From Prorocentrum cordatum (lineage: Eukaryota), in contig CAUYUJ010000001.1 in the NCBI GenBank assembly GCA_963575745.1, positions 2,604,001-2,668,000 on the forward strand: a stretch of 64,000 bases of DNA, written 5' to 3'. The notes beneath the pieces are model-generated. The model worked only from the letters and a program-made list of their open reading frames with translations, did not search any database and had not been told where the DNA came from. Each line of letters begins with the position of its first letter. Position 1 is the stretch's first letter. Below are positions 13,641 through 25,510 of this stretch, in pieces. The position numbers and the translations under genes were made by a program.

Positions 13641-14544
13641 GTAGAAGGGGTGATGGGTCTGGGTGGGGCCATGTCAGTCGCGATCCTGGGGGCGTCCTCA
13701 ATCACTCCAGCTTGGGCCATATCCTGCAGGGGCACCAGTTCGAGGAGGGGGGCGGGAGAGGTCAACAGCACCTCCAGGGTAAGCTTGCAAGCTTCAAACG
13801 TGCACAAGTGACTTATCGTGCTAACTTGCTCGCATTCATGCTGCTCCAGCTGGCTCTGACCATTCATGCCGTTGCCCTCTTGGCGTCTGCGATGATGGGC
13901 ATCGCCTTTTCTCTCGAGCGGAAGCGGGGGGGGGGGGGGGGGCGAGACGGGGGGGGGGGGGGCAAGACGACGCGCGAACATCCATCATCCCAGGGGGTGA
14001 GCCTTCGCGTGAAAGGGGGGGGGCTCGAGGGGGGGGCAGGGCTCCAGCGGAGCCCTGGGGGGCCACCTCCGAGTTAGCCCCCCCCCCCCCCCCCCCCCGG
14101 AATTTTTAATTATCGCCCGTTGGTCGTCTTTGGACTCGAGTCTACCCTGCCCAATCTTTTGACCTGGCTTATAATACATAATGTGTGAAACTCCCCAGCA
14201 GACATTCTTCTTCCCCTTGGGCCTCTTTGGGGGAGGGGGGCCGTGTTCCCCTGGCCGAATGTCATGCTATATATTCGCAATGAAAAGCGCTGCCCGCAAG
14301 GCTGTTGCCTCGAGGGCCCTTAGAATCAGTGCGCTGGCGATCCATGCCAGCTGGCTGCTGGCGTTGACCTCGATCCCAAGATCATCTCCAACATAAAACG
14401 ACTGCAAAACTGACATGATAAAACAACTGGCGGGCTCATTCACTGCAGCTGCGGTGGGGGTTGACGACGCGGAAGGCGACGCCCCATGCATCGAGTCCTC
14501 CCTCATCATGTGCTCCTCCTTCAGCTGCGTGTTGGCCGAGTTGT

Positions 14545-15983
14545 TCAGATGTCGTCGGTGAGGCTCTCCTTCGGGCCCTGAATCAACTCCTGCTGCGATG
14601 CTGGCTGCGTTGGCGCCAGCTGCGCTGGATCTACGAAGGCCGCCGCCTCTGCCTGTGAGCACTGCGTGGACAACTGCTGCTGGCTGTTCGGGTTGCCCCA
14701 CATCTGCGTGGGTCCCCAGATGGCGCCGCGCTGGTAGAGGGCCTGCGACGGGTCCGATTGTGAGACCACGATCGGCTGCATGTTGTTCGTCTTCTGGAGT
14801 TCCGCAATCTGCTGCGCTCTCAGGGCCCCTCCGACTGAGGAAGATGCTGCTGATGCCGTGCCCGCTGCTGGCTGTGGGGTCGCGGTGCCCTAGCAGATCA
14901 GGCCGCTGAGCTCCGCGCCCACCATCTTGTCGTCCTCGCCCTCCTGCTGCTTGACCTGGTGCTTGAGGCTGGGCTGCTCGCTGGGTGGGCGTGTTGGCCC
15001 TTCTCTCTTCGCACCTGGGCTCGGCGAAGGGCGATGTGGCATCTGAGATGGCGGCGGCGGTCCTGAGGATAGCCACGGCATGAACGCCCCCCCTTTGCCC
15101 GTTCCTTTGGCCTGCTGCGCCGCCTGCTGCTGCATCCACATCTGCATGAGCTGCTGAATCTCGGCTGGGGGGTTCATCCCCTGCTGCTGAGGAATGAGCG
15201 GGCTCTGGACAGGGAGCTGCGGGATCGGCCACGCAGTAGTTGACGGTCCAGTCGCAATGCCGTGCGTTGCCATAAAAGGCGATGCCGCCGCTGGTTTCGC
15301 AGGGGGCGGGGCGACGTTGTGCGCCGCCGCCTCCTGCTGCTTCTTCGTCTTCTCTTCCTCCCCCATGGCCTCCAGGTCCTGCATGGTCTCCATGAGCCCT
15401 GAGACTTTCTGTGCCATCTCCTCTCGCTGAGTCTGGAGCTCCTCGATCCGGTGGTCTAGCTTCTCGATCTGCTCGGTGGTCATCGCGATCTCGTATTTTG
15501 TCTGCGCCATTTTGGTACTGATCGGATCCAATGCAGCAGTCGCAGACTTGAGGACCGCAGTGTGCTCTACGGAAGGTTGATCCTCTGCACCTGACCTCCG
15601 TGTAGCCACCTCCAGTGTCGCAAGAACCTCTATATGGTGGTTCACGTCGTTCTTGTACGCATCTCTTGTTGTGCTCTGCTGGGCGGTGGCTGCTGGTACT
15701 TGAGGTGCGCCTCCGCCACTTCCTTTGACGCCGTAGGCACCGAGTCCACCACCTGGCGAATCTCGTTTCGAGTGATCGGTCCAGTACGTCCTTTCATCGG
15801 TCGAGGGCGGTATGGCGGGGTCGGCTGGACTGTTGACTGCTGCTGCTCGCGTGTGCTGCGACTCGCCGACCTCGCCCTTTGACGACTGTGTGACCGCTGT
15901 CGCCACTTGTAACCACACAAACACTGCCAGTGCCTCATAGGCACTTCTCTGCTGCACTTCCCGCAACGCCATGTGGCAGGCAT
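14545..15983 (-). pseudogene. LINE-A ORF1 (zinc finger + coiled coil), disrupted
   Basis: MPATWRCGKC...WQCLCGYKW, frameshift ~15650, heptad-like IEKLDHRIEELQTQREEM, in-frame TAG at 14890; 3' end uncertain. Confidence 0.65.
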
Positions 15984-16132
15984 GAAAGGGCTCTTCTGGA
16001 GGTGTGTGAGCAAGCGTCCGCCTGCTTGGACCAGCTGGACTGAGGTGCGCGCAAGAAATCAAAACTACAGAAGGCCAGGGCGAGGCGTGAGCCTGCCTAC
16101 CCTGGTCAAATCTGGGTTCACTGTCGAACCAC

Positions 16133-16187
16133 CTTGACAATGGCCACGGACTTGAGCCAAAATGGCTTGAGCCAAAATGGCTACGGA
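16133..16187 (-). other. DinoSL stack: perfect 22-nt SL + perfect 15-nt relic + degenerate SL
   Basis: Minus strand TCCGTAGCCATTTTGGCTCAAG (16187-16166), CCATTTTGGCTCAAG (16165-16151), TCCGTGGCCATTGTCAAG (16150-16133). Confidence 0.95.
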
Positions 16188-16188
16188 T

Positions 16189-16307
16189 CTCCTCCTCGTT
16201 TTCCTCCTCCTCCTCCTCCTCCTCCTCCTCCTCCTCCTCCTCCTCCTCCTCCTCCTCCTCCTCCCCCGCCTCCTCCCCCTCCCCCTCCCCCTCCCCCTCC
16301 TCCTCTT
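16189..16307. repeat. (CCT)n microsatellite flanking LINE-A 5' end
   Basis: Direct reading. Confidence 0.95.
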
Positions 16308-16759
16308 CGGGCGCGCTGGGGATCCCATTGGGGCCCCTTTGGGCTCTCTTAGGGCCCTCGGGGCCTTCTTGGCCGTATTGGGGCAGTCTGGAGGCCATCT
16401 TGGGCCGTTTGGGGCCCCTTTGGGGCGCCTCTGGGGCCGTCTTGGGATGATCTCTGGGGCCTCTTAGGCCGTCTTGGGCCCGTCTGGGGGCCCTCTTGGA
16501 CCGCTATGGGCCCGTTTGGGGCGCCTCCGGGGCCGTCTTGGGACGATATTTGGGGCCTCTGGGCCGTCTTGGGCCCGTCTGGGGAAGAAACGGGCCATGG
16601 GGCCCGCCCGGGAGCCGCTTCACTCGAAACAATACGAGGGAAACGGGCTATTAGACTCTGACCATTCCGTTCGGGCCTCGCACCCCCCATGGACCCCCCC
16701 CCAAGAAGGGCTTCGCCCCCTACTCAACGTCACTCGCTCGTACCTCGCTCTTTCCGTCA

Positions 16760-18821
16760 CCTGCTTGGCACGGGGACGGAAAGCGCACTTACTTTCAGAG
16801 CGCACGAGATCGCTGGCTCGTCCGCTCTTACACCTCTTATTGACTCCCTTTCCCTCGCTCTTGTCCTATCTCAGCCTCGGAGAGTCCCGGAGTTTTCTTT
16901 GAGCGCGTTTCTTGTTTTGGAGGGGTCGGTCGGGTCGTGTTGCGTTTTCCGCGTTTGGGCTGCCAGCTTTCCAGAAACCCCGCGTTGTCCTTGCCGCTCG
17001 TTGTCCACGCGTTGCCGCCCGTCCCTGCCCTGGCGTCAAGAACTTATTACGCCGCAGCTCTCTGTTGGGAGCTTTGGTCTTATCAGCTCGATTACGTCAC
17101 CGCTCGCTCTTGGGAGCCGCGGTGCTAATAGCCTTTGGGAGTATTTTGGGCCTCTGGGGGGCCTTTGGTGGGCCTCTTGGGTGCCTCTTGGGGACCTTTT
17201 TGGGTTTTCCGGGGGCCTCTGGGGGCCTCCTGGGAGCTTCTGGGCTGCGGGGGTGAAGGGACTAGGCTGCCTTTGGCCGTCTTTGGGCTCTCTTGGGGGC
17301 CTCTTGGGGCCTTCTTGGGGCCGTCCTGGGGCCGTCTTGGGCCGTCTTGGCGCCTCTTGGGCCGTCTTGGCGCCCTCTTGGGCTGTTTTGGGGCCTTCTT
17401 GGGGGCCTCTTGGGCCTTCTTGGGGCGCTCTTGGGGGCCTCTTGGACAGTCTTGGACGCCTCTTGGCCCGTCTTGCCGCCCTCTTGGGCTATTTTAGGGG
17501 CCTCTTGGGAACATCTTCGGCCGTCTTGGGGCGGTCTTGGGGGCCTCTTGGGCCGTCTTCAACGCCATGAACAGCGAAAAGCCGTATATGCTAAAAATGC
17601 ACGTTTTCCTTAAGACAATCAATGATTTTGGCCTCTTGGGGCCCTCTTGGGACGCCTCGTGGGCGCCTCCTGGGGCGTCGTGGAGGCCTCTTGGGACGCC
17701 TTGGGGCCGCCTGGGGCGGTCTTGGGCTCTCTTGGAGCGCTTTTGGGCCAACTTGGGCGCTTCTTGGGCCGTCTTGGGCCGTCTTGGGCGCCGTCTTGGC
17801 CGCTTCTTGGGCTGTCTTAGGCGCCTGAGACGGCCAAAAAAGCGCCCAAGAAGCGTTCTCCGATGATGTCTCGAGCGAAACGCTGTTTTTAAGCCCCGGA
17901 GACCGTCCTACTCAATAAAAAAAAAAACGAGGCGCGGGTTCTTTCTGTGAGGGCGCGAGGTCGCTGGCCAGTGTCTTGGACCCCTGCTGGTGTGACGGCT
18001 TTGGTACGACATACTGAAATGTAGCAACGAGCCTCGCGAAAATCAGTGAATATTGTATTTCCGGGCCTTCCTGGGGGTCCTTTTGGGGCTCTTTTGGGCC
18101 GCCCCAAGACCCTCTTGAGCCGTCTTGGCGGGCTTGGGTCGTCTTGGGGCCCTCTCGGGGCCCTCTTGGGGACCTCATGTGGCCTCCTGTGGCCCCCTTG
18201 GGGCTCTCTTGGGAACCTTTCGGGGCCCTCTGGGACTCGTTTTGGGCCGTCTTGGGGCTCTCTTGGGCCGTCTTGGGGCCCTTTGGGGCCGTCTTGGGGC
18301 GCTCTTGGGGGCCTCTTAGGCAGTCCTGGGGCGGTCTTGGCCGCATCTTGGGCCGTCTTCGGCACTTGGAAAAATGTATGTTTTCCGGAGGGAATGAAAC
18401 GATTTTTGCCTCTTGGGGGTCCCCTTGGGGGCCTCTTCCGGCGTCTTGGGGGCCTCGTGGGCCGTCTTGAAGCCATATTGGGCCCTCTTTGAGCGCTCAT
18501 GGGCCGTCTTCGGGCCCTCTTGGACCTCTCCGACGCGTCTTGGAGGTATCTTGGGCGCTCTTGGGGCTGTCTTGGGCCGTCCTGAGGGCCTCTCAGGCGC
18601 TCTTGGGGCTGTCTTGGGCCGTCTTGGGCCGAAAATTGGGCTATTAGATCTGGGCCCGGTCCTGCCTAACCCCCCACCCCCCCTTGTTATTTCTCCCGAC
18701 TAACGGATCGCGACGCTACGCGCGCTTTCCGTCATCTGCCCCGCCCCCCTGCCTACCCCCCCCCCCCTGTTTTATTTCTCCCGACTAACGGATCGCGACG
18801 CTACGCGCGCTTTCCGTCATC
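16760..18821 (-). mobile_element. HINE-like family B copy (composite, duplicated terminus)
   Basis: GACGGAAAGCGC (16775-16786) inverted to GCGCTTTCCGTC (18722-18733 and 18807-18818); TCTTGG satellite interior. Confidence 0.65.
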
Positions 18822-18859
18822 CGGGGTGTCCCCCCCCTCGCTCCTCCCCTGGACCCCTC

Positions 18860-20430
18860 CCGAGAGGGCTTCGCCCCACCTGAACGTCATCACTCGTACC
18901 TCGCTGTTTCCGTTACCTGGGCCGGCAGGGAAACGGAAAGAGCGGTCTCGGAGACTTGCCCGAGATGGCTCGTGGCACGTCCGTTCTTGGCCCGAAGAAG
19001 CGAGAGCTCGAAAACCTCCAAAAACAATTCGAACAAAAAAACAATGAACTTTGCTTCTTGAAGGTTACGTATCTGGGGCCCTTTTGGGGCCCTTCTGGGG
19101 CCCTCTTGGGCTGTCTCGGGGCCCTTTTGAGCCGTCTTGGGCCGTATTGGAGCGTCTTAGAAGCGTTTGGCCGTCTTCGGGCTCTGTTGGGGGCCTCTTG
19201 GGAGCCTCCCGGGGCTCTCTTGGGGCCCTCTTGGGGCCGTCTTGGGGCCCTTTTGGGGCCCTCTTGGGCCGTCTGGGGGCGCTTTGGGGCTGTCTTGGGC
19301 CGTCTTGGAAGCCTTTGGCCGTCTTGGGGCTCTCTTGGGGGCCTCTTGGGGCCCTCTTGGGAGCCTTTGGGGCTCTCTTGGGGGCCTCTTGGGGGCCTCT
19401 TGGGCCGTTTTGGCGCTCTCTGGGGCCGTCTTGGGGCCCTCCTGGGTTGTTTTCGGGCCCTTTGGGGGGCCTTTTCGGCCGTCTTGGGACAATATTTGGG
19501 GCCTCTTGGGCAGTTTTAAGCTGTTCTTGGCCTGAAGAGGAGAGAACCCGAGAAACCTACAAAAACCAATCGAAGAATCAATGACATCTGCATCTTGGGG
19601 CGCTTTTGGGAAGCCTCGTGGAGGCCTCTTGGGGCGTCTCGGGGGCCCCTTGGACCGTCTCGAGGCCATCTTAGGCCATCTTGGAACGATCTTGGACGGT
19701 GTTGGAGTCTCTTGGAGCGCTCTTGGGCCGTCTTGGAGCCGTCTTGGACCCCTCTTGGGGGTATCTTGGCCTGTCTTGGGCGCTTCTTGGGCCGTCTTGG
19801 GCGCGTCTGGGGCCGTCTCGAGGGGGGGCCTGGCCATTTGACCAATTTGGGCACGCCTCGCCCCTCCCCTGGACCCCCCCCCTGAAGGGCTTCGCCCCAC
19901 CTGAACGTCATCACTCGTACCTCGCTGTTTCCGTTACCTGGGCCGGCAGGGAAACGGAAAGAGCGGTCTCGGAGACTTGCCCGAGATGGCTCATGGCACC
20001 GTGCGCTCTTGGGAGCCTTGGTGTTCAGAGCTTGTTACGTCACCGCTCTCTGTCGGGAACCCTTGTGTTCAGAGACTTTCACGTTGCCGCCCGTTCTTGG
20101 GCCTTGGTGTCAAGAGCTTGTTGCGTCACCGCTCTCTGTTGGGAGCCCTGGTGTTCAGAGACTTTTACGTTGCCGCCCGTTCTTGGGCCTTGGAGTCGCG
20201 AGCTTGTTGCGTCACCGCTCTCTGTTGCAAGCCCTGGTGTTCAGAGACTTTTATGTTGCCGCTCGCTCTTGGGAGCCTGGGTGTTAAGAGTTTTTACGTC
20301 ACCGCGCTCTGGAGAGCCTTGGTGCTAAGAGCTTCTTACGTCACCGATCGCTGTTGGGAGCCATGGTGTTATTTAGCTTCTCTGGGGGCTCTTAGGGGTC
20401 TTCTTGGGGCCCTATCGGAGCCTTTTTGGG
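18860..20430. repeat. Family-B-related subfamily, two tandem units, with TCTTGG satellite and ~35-bp subrepeats
   Basis: agggcttcgccccacctgaacgtcatcactcgtacctcgctgtttccgttacc at ~18866 and ~19887; subrepeats gttcagag...acgtcaccgctc at 20010-20370. Confidence 0.7.
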
Positions 20431-20608
20431 GCCCTCTGGCAGGGCCAGGAAGGCGCTGCGGGCAGCTAGAGAGCGCCAGAGCCGCAAGCCGCAACGGCAG
20501 CTACATGACAGCAGAAACTGACGGACAGGCGGGGGTCGCCTGAAAGCTGGCAGGCCAGCAGAGTCAGTCAGATCCATAGCACAATGCGTCGACGCACCCT
20601 CTCCCGCT

Positions 20609-22268
20609 TTACTCGCGCAGGAGGTTCTCATGCGGCCCCATCGTGAACTTGAAGAAGTTGTATTTGACAAAGGAGCGGTCGCCCTTGGCGGTGAAATTGA
20701 CGCCGAGGCTCTTGTCTTGCTTGAGGCCCTCCGCCTGCTCAGCCGACGTGGGCGAATTGAGCGTGTACTTCATCATTTCCGCATACTCCGTGACGTTCGT
20801 CGGCCACTTCCTTGACTGCGTGAGCACCCTCTGCACGCTCGGGTCGCCGAGGTTGATGATGCGCGCCGCCGGCTGGTGGCTGGTCGAGTAGAGCGCAATC
20901 GAGAACTCGGCGCAGCACCAGCCGCGGTTCTCGTACGGGACCTCGTTGATCACGCCCCACACCTTGCCACCCGGATGCTCGTCTGGGCCGTGGAGCTCGG
21001 GGAGCACGATCACCTCGCAGTCGCGGTAGCAATAGAGGCGGCTCATTTCAAACATGGCGACGCCGAAGGCACGCTTCTCCTCCGGCGACCTACCCTTGAG
21101 CGGCCGCGTGAGCCCGTGCTGCTCGAAGTACGCGTCGGCCGCACAACTGCGCGCCGGCGCGCCCTCCCACGGCACGTGCTGCGGCATGAACACAGATCCC
21201 ATCTTGGCCTCCTGCGGGTTGGAGCAGAAGTCGAAGAAGACGAGGTCGTCGTCGGCGGCGGCGTTCCTTGCGAGCGCCGCCGCGAGCTGCCTCATCTTAT
21301 GGCCGCCGGGGCTCGGGTGGACCTCTGTCTCCCACCCGTGTGAGACGACGAAGAGGCGCCTGCCACGTGGCGGCGCACCGATCAGAAGGCTGCCGGACGG
21401 GATGTCTTGGCGGCGCGGGAACGGGCCACCCGTATCGACGAACTGCTTGACGGCCTTCACTAGGAGCCACCCCACTTGTGCGCGGTTGCACCAGTGGCGG
21501 AACCCCTTGCGATCCCTGGCAGCTGGTTGCATCTTTGCGAAACGATCGCGGAGCCAATGAAGTGCGTCACCAGAGTCAAGTGCGTTTGTCCATTCGGATT
21601 GATTGATCAAGCCTCGAATGTCGCTGTATCTCTCTGGGTCGAGGGCCTGCCTCTTTCATTATGCCTTCCACATCCTCCCAGCCTTTACCCGAAGGGTATA
21701 CGATCTCCTGGCAGTAGAGAAATTGCGTGAGGAAAACATTCGACCAGCCTCTCTTCAGATATCCTTTGAACTTAGAATGTTCTGGAATCCGCGGCATCAT
21801 AATCTGACGAACTCGCCAGTAATTTGCAATGCATGCGCTCTTTGTGAGGTAATTGCGAAATAGCAACTCTTCTACTTCCGAGCGCGGTATCATTGGCACG
21901 CATGTAAAGTCGAAGAACACAAGGTCATCGTCTGAAGCTCCGCACTGGTGTAAGGCAGTCGCAGCTTGAATCAATTGATCGCCCTCTGGACCTGCATGAA
22001 GCCTTGACAACCAAGATGCGTCCCAAGCAAAGATCGACACACTGTCCGGCGGAATGCCAAAGTGGAATGCTGCCGCCGGCATTTCCTGCCGGCGCGTCAG
22101 GGTGCCGCCCTCAGCAGCGACTCTCCTGAGGTATCCAACCTTGAGCCAACCTATCGAGTAATAGTCGTCAATATTATACTCGCACCACGCGTGAAATGTA
22201 GCGTCGTCCCAACGAGGATCAGGTGTGGCGGGTGCCTCCTCTTCCAGCAGCATTCTGGCGGCCCGCAT
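20609..22268 (-). pseudogene. Intronless retrocopy encoding two tandem HET-like domains, frameshifted near 21620
   Basis: Domain 2: VVSHGW..HPSP..VFFDFCSNPQ..MSRLY..YENRGWCCAEF; domain 1: DASW..VFFDFTCVP..YLKRGW; SL relics upstream. Confidence 0.7.
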
Positions 22269-22358
22269 CGGCCTCCGTTGATCCTTGTGCCGCTGTGAAG
22301 ATTCAGGTGGCGTTTCCTCGGTCTGAACGTGGCTCGTGCGAAATTGATTTCGACTAGC

Positions 22359-22392
22359 CTTGAGCAAACATCGCTTGAGCCAAGGCTACGGA
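22359..22392 (-). other. Two decayed DinoSL relics
   Basis: TCCGTAGCC---TTGGCTCAAG (22392-22374, 3-nt deletion) then CGATGTTTGCTCAAG (22373-22359, 12/15). Confidence 0.85.
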
Positions 22393-22571
22393 AGCCATCT
22401 GAGGCCATCTTGGAACGCTCTTGGACGGTCTTGGGGTCTGTTGGATCGCTCTTGGCTCGTCTTGGAGCCCTCTTGGACCCCTTTTGGGGGTATCTTGGGC
22501 TGTCTAGGGCGCTTCTTGGGCCGTCTTGGACGCCTCTTGGGCCGTCTCGGGGGGGGGGCCTGGCCATCATC

Positions 22572-23810
22572 CCTGCTTGGCATGGGGACGGAAAGCGCAC
22601 TTACTTTCAGAGCGCACAAGATCGCTGGCTCGTCCGCTCTTACACCTCTTATTGACTCCCTTCCCCTCGCTCTTGACCTATCTCAGCCTCGGAGAGTCGC
22701 GGAGCTTTCTTTGAGCGCGTTTCTTGTTTTGGAGGGGGCGGTCGGGTCGCGTTGCGTTTTCCGCGTTTGGGCTGCCAGCTTTCCAGAACCCCGCGTTGTC
22801 CTTGCGTGGACCGCTCGTTGTCCACGCGTTGCCGCCCGTCCCTGTGCCCTGGCTGCAAGAACGTATTACGCCGCAGCTCTCTGTAGGGAGCTTTGGTCTT
22901 ATCAGCTCGATTACGTCACCGCTCGCTCTTGTGAGCCGCGGTGCTAAGGGCCTTTGGGAGTATTATGGGCCTCTTGGGGGGCTCTTGGGGAGCCTCTTGG
23001 GTGCCTCTTGGGGACCTTTTGGAGCTTCTCGGGGGCCTCTGGGGGCCTCCTGGGAACTTTTGGGTGGCGGGGGTGAAGGGGCTAGGCTGCCTTTGGCCTT
23101 CTTTGGGCTCTCTTGGGGGCCTCTTGGGGCCTTCTTGGGGCCGTCCTGGGGCCGTCTTGGCGCCTCTTGGGCCGTCTTGGCGCCCTCTTGGGCCGTTTTG
23201 GGGCCCTCTTGGGGGCCTCTTGGGCCTTCTTGGGGCGCTCTTGGGGGCCTCTTGGACAGTCTTGGACGCCTCTTGGCCCGTCTTGCCGCCCTCTTGGGCT
23301 ATTTTAGGGGCCTCTTGGGAACATCTTCGGCCGTCTTGGGGCGGTCTTGGGGGCCTCTTGGGCCGTCTTCAACGCCATGAAAGGCGAAAAACCGTATATG
23401 CTAAAAATGCACGTTTTCCTTAAGACAATCAATGAGTTTGGCCTCTTGGGGCCCTCTTGGGACGCCTCGTGGGCGCCTCCTGGGGCGTCGTGGAGGCCTC
23501 TTGGGACGTCTTGGGGCCGCCCTGGGCGGTCTTGGGCTCTCTTGGAGAGCTCTTGGGCCGTCTTGGGCGCTTCTTGGGCCGTCTTGGGTCGTCTTGGGCG
23601 CCTACAGCGGCCCAAGAAGCGCCCAAGAAGCGTTCTCCGATGATGTCTCGAGCGAAACGCTGTTTTAAGCCCCGAAGGCCGCCCTACTCGATACAAAACG
23701 AGGCGCGAGGGCAATTAGATCCGGGTCCGCGGATGCCAACCCCTCGAACTCCGCCAGATCCAATTTCTTCCGACTAACGGACCGCACGCTAACGCGCGCT
23801 TTCCGTCATC
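22572..23810 (-). mobile_element. HINE-like family B, apparently complete copy
   Basis: GACGGAAAGCGC 22587-22598 / GCGCTTTCCGTC 23796-23807; short terminal hairpin TGC-TTG-GCA; ATC on both sides. Confidence 0.7.
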
Positions 23811-24345
23811 CGGGGCTCGCGATGCCACCCCCCTCGAACTCCCCCAAGTCCAATTTCTTCCGACTAACGGACCGCACGCTAACGCGCGCGGTGCGTCATC
23901 CCCATTCAGCAATCGGAGCCCAAATCGGAATCCGAAACCGAATCGAATCGGAATCGGGGGCGCTCGAAATCGCATCGAGCCGAGTCGGAGGAATCGTAAT
24001 GAGCCCTACTCTGCGCGTACTTATCTGGTCCCAAGGATTCTGGAGCAGCGCCTCTTCCCTGACGGGGGAAGGCCCCCCCCTTCGCCTGCACCCCCCTCCG
24101 CTGTGCGTGGGTGTGTGGGGGCCCCGGTGCCGCGAAGTATCCAGGACACTGGGGACTCCTCCTCCTCCTCCTCGTACTCCTCCTCCTCGTGCTCCTCCAT
24201 GCCGTGTCCTCCTCCTCCTCCTCCTCCTCCTCCTCCTCCTCCTCCTCCTCCTCCTCCTCCTCGTACTCTTCCTAGCCGTTTCGGGGCGAGGCAGGTGCCC
24301 GCTCTTGCGGGAGCAAGCTTCGGAGCGGCGTGCCCCCGCGGGCCG

Positions 24346-25510
24346 ATGGCGAATGGCGTTGCAGGTGGCGCGCGCGGAGCCAGCCAGGGTGGCGACCCCT
24401 GAACGTGTCGTGCGTGCGCTGGTGGCTACAGCAACATGGCCTGGCGCACGGAGCGCAGGCTCTGCAAGGCGGCGCGGCCGCCGCGCGGCGCTGGCACGAT
24501 CGGCGAGGCCATCGACAAGGCCAAGGCGAAGGCCAAGGCCAAGGGGAAGGCGAAGGCCGAGGCGAAGCGCGTGCGCTTTGCCTCGGATGTGCCTGGCCCT
24601 GCCGCCGCCGCGGCCACGCCGGCGCCGTGGGCGCTGGGCGCGGCCAAGCAGGCGGCTGAGGAGCAGCCCAGCGGCAGCGGCGGCAAGGACGAGGAGGTGC
24701 GCCAGGCCCTCCTCCGCCACTTTGGCCCCAGGGGAAGGCTGGTCGGCGGCCCTGGTCCAGGACTTCGGGGCCTTGGTGCCTGTGGTGGACGCGCCGCCGC
24801 CTGCGAAGCCCTTTGCCGAGCTGTCGCTCCAGGCCCTCCTGGCCAGGGAGGCGAAGATCAAGGGCCAGGTCGGGCGCGCGGAGATCGCGCCGGCGGCCGT
24901 CAAGGAGGAGCAGGAGGCCGTCGCGGCCCGCGTGGCGGAGCAGGCTGACGTCCTCCAGAAGCGGCGCGACCAGCTGGAGGAGGTGGCCGAGGCGGTGCGT
25001 GCCAGGAAGCGCGCCGACCTGGCGCAGCACACGGGGCCGTCGCCCATGGAGGAGGGCGAGCCTGAGGAGGCCGAGGGCTGCCTGGGCAAGGCGCTGCTCA
25101 AGGGCCTCGAGGGCCTCGAGGCTGAGCGGGAGCGGGTTCTCTTGCTCGGGGAGGAGGGCGGCGCCCTGCTCGCGATGGCCGCCGAGGCCCGCAGCCTCGC
25201 GGAGAAGCTCGCCGCCGCTGACGCCCGTGCTCGCGAGGCAGCGGCGGCCGAGCGGGCCCGCGCGACTGCAGCCGCAGCTGAGCGGGCCGCCGCGGCGCAG
25301 GAGGCCGCTCCCGAGGCCGATGGCGGTGATGATGGCGCTGCTGGTCCTCCTTGGGACCGCAAGCGCGTCGGCGACCTCGACCTCGGCCCCGAGCTCGTCG
25401 GGCTTGACGCCGTGTTCGGCGAGCTGGGCATGGGGGACGAGCAGCAGCGCGCTGCCTGGCGCGCAGCGCTGGCCAAGCGCCAGCGGGTGGCAGGCCCCGC
25501 CCCAGGGTAG
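24346..25510 (+). pseudogene. LINE-B ORF1 (RanBP2-like zinc finger + coiled coil), disrupted
   Basis: MANG...DP*TCRACAGGYSNMAWRTERRLCK (TGA at 24400 where W is expected), frameshift ~24725, E/A-rich helical region, stop TAG at 25508. Confidence 0.7.

Larger units (their letters stand above)
12565..16187 (-). mobile_element. LINE-A: 3'-truncated degraded non-LTR retrotransposon (SL - ORF1 - RNase H - APE)
   Basis: SL at 5' end, zinc-finger/coiled-coil ORF1, RNase H and APE motifs, all on the minus strand; no RT remains. Confidence 0.8.

Noticed and set aside
14890..14892. TGC-TAG-G as a fourth frameshift junction in LINE-A
   Set aside because: The same frame continues with ORF1-like composition after the stop, so it is more likely a nonsense mutation.
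11668..23714. Numerous 100-290 aa G/L/W/P-rich ORFs
   Set aside because: Translations of the TCTTGG/CCAAGA satellite, open in several frames and on both strands.
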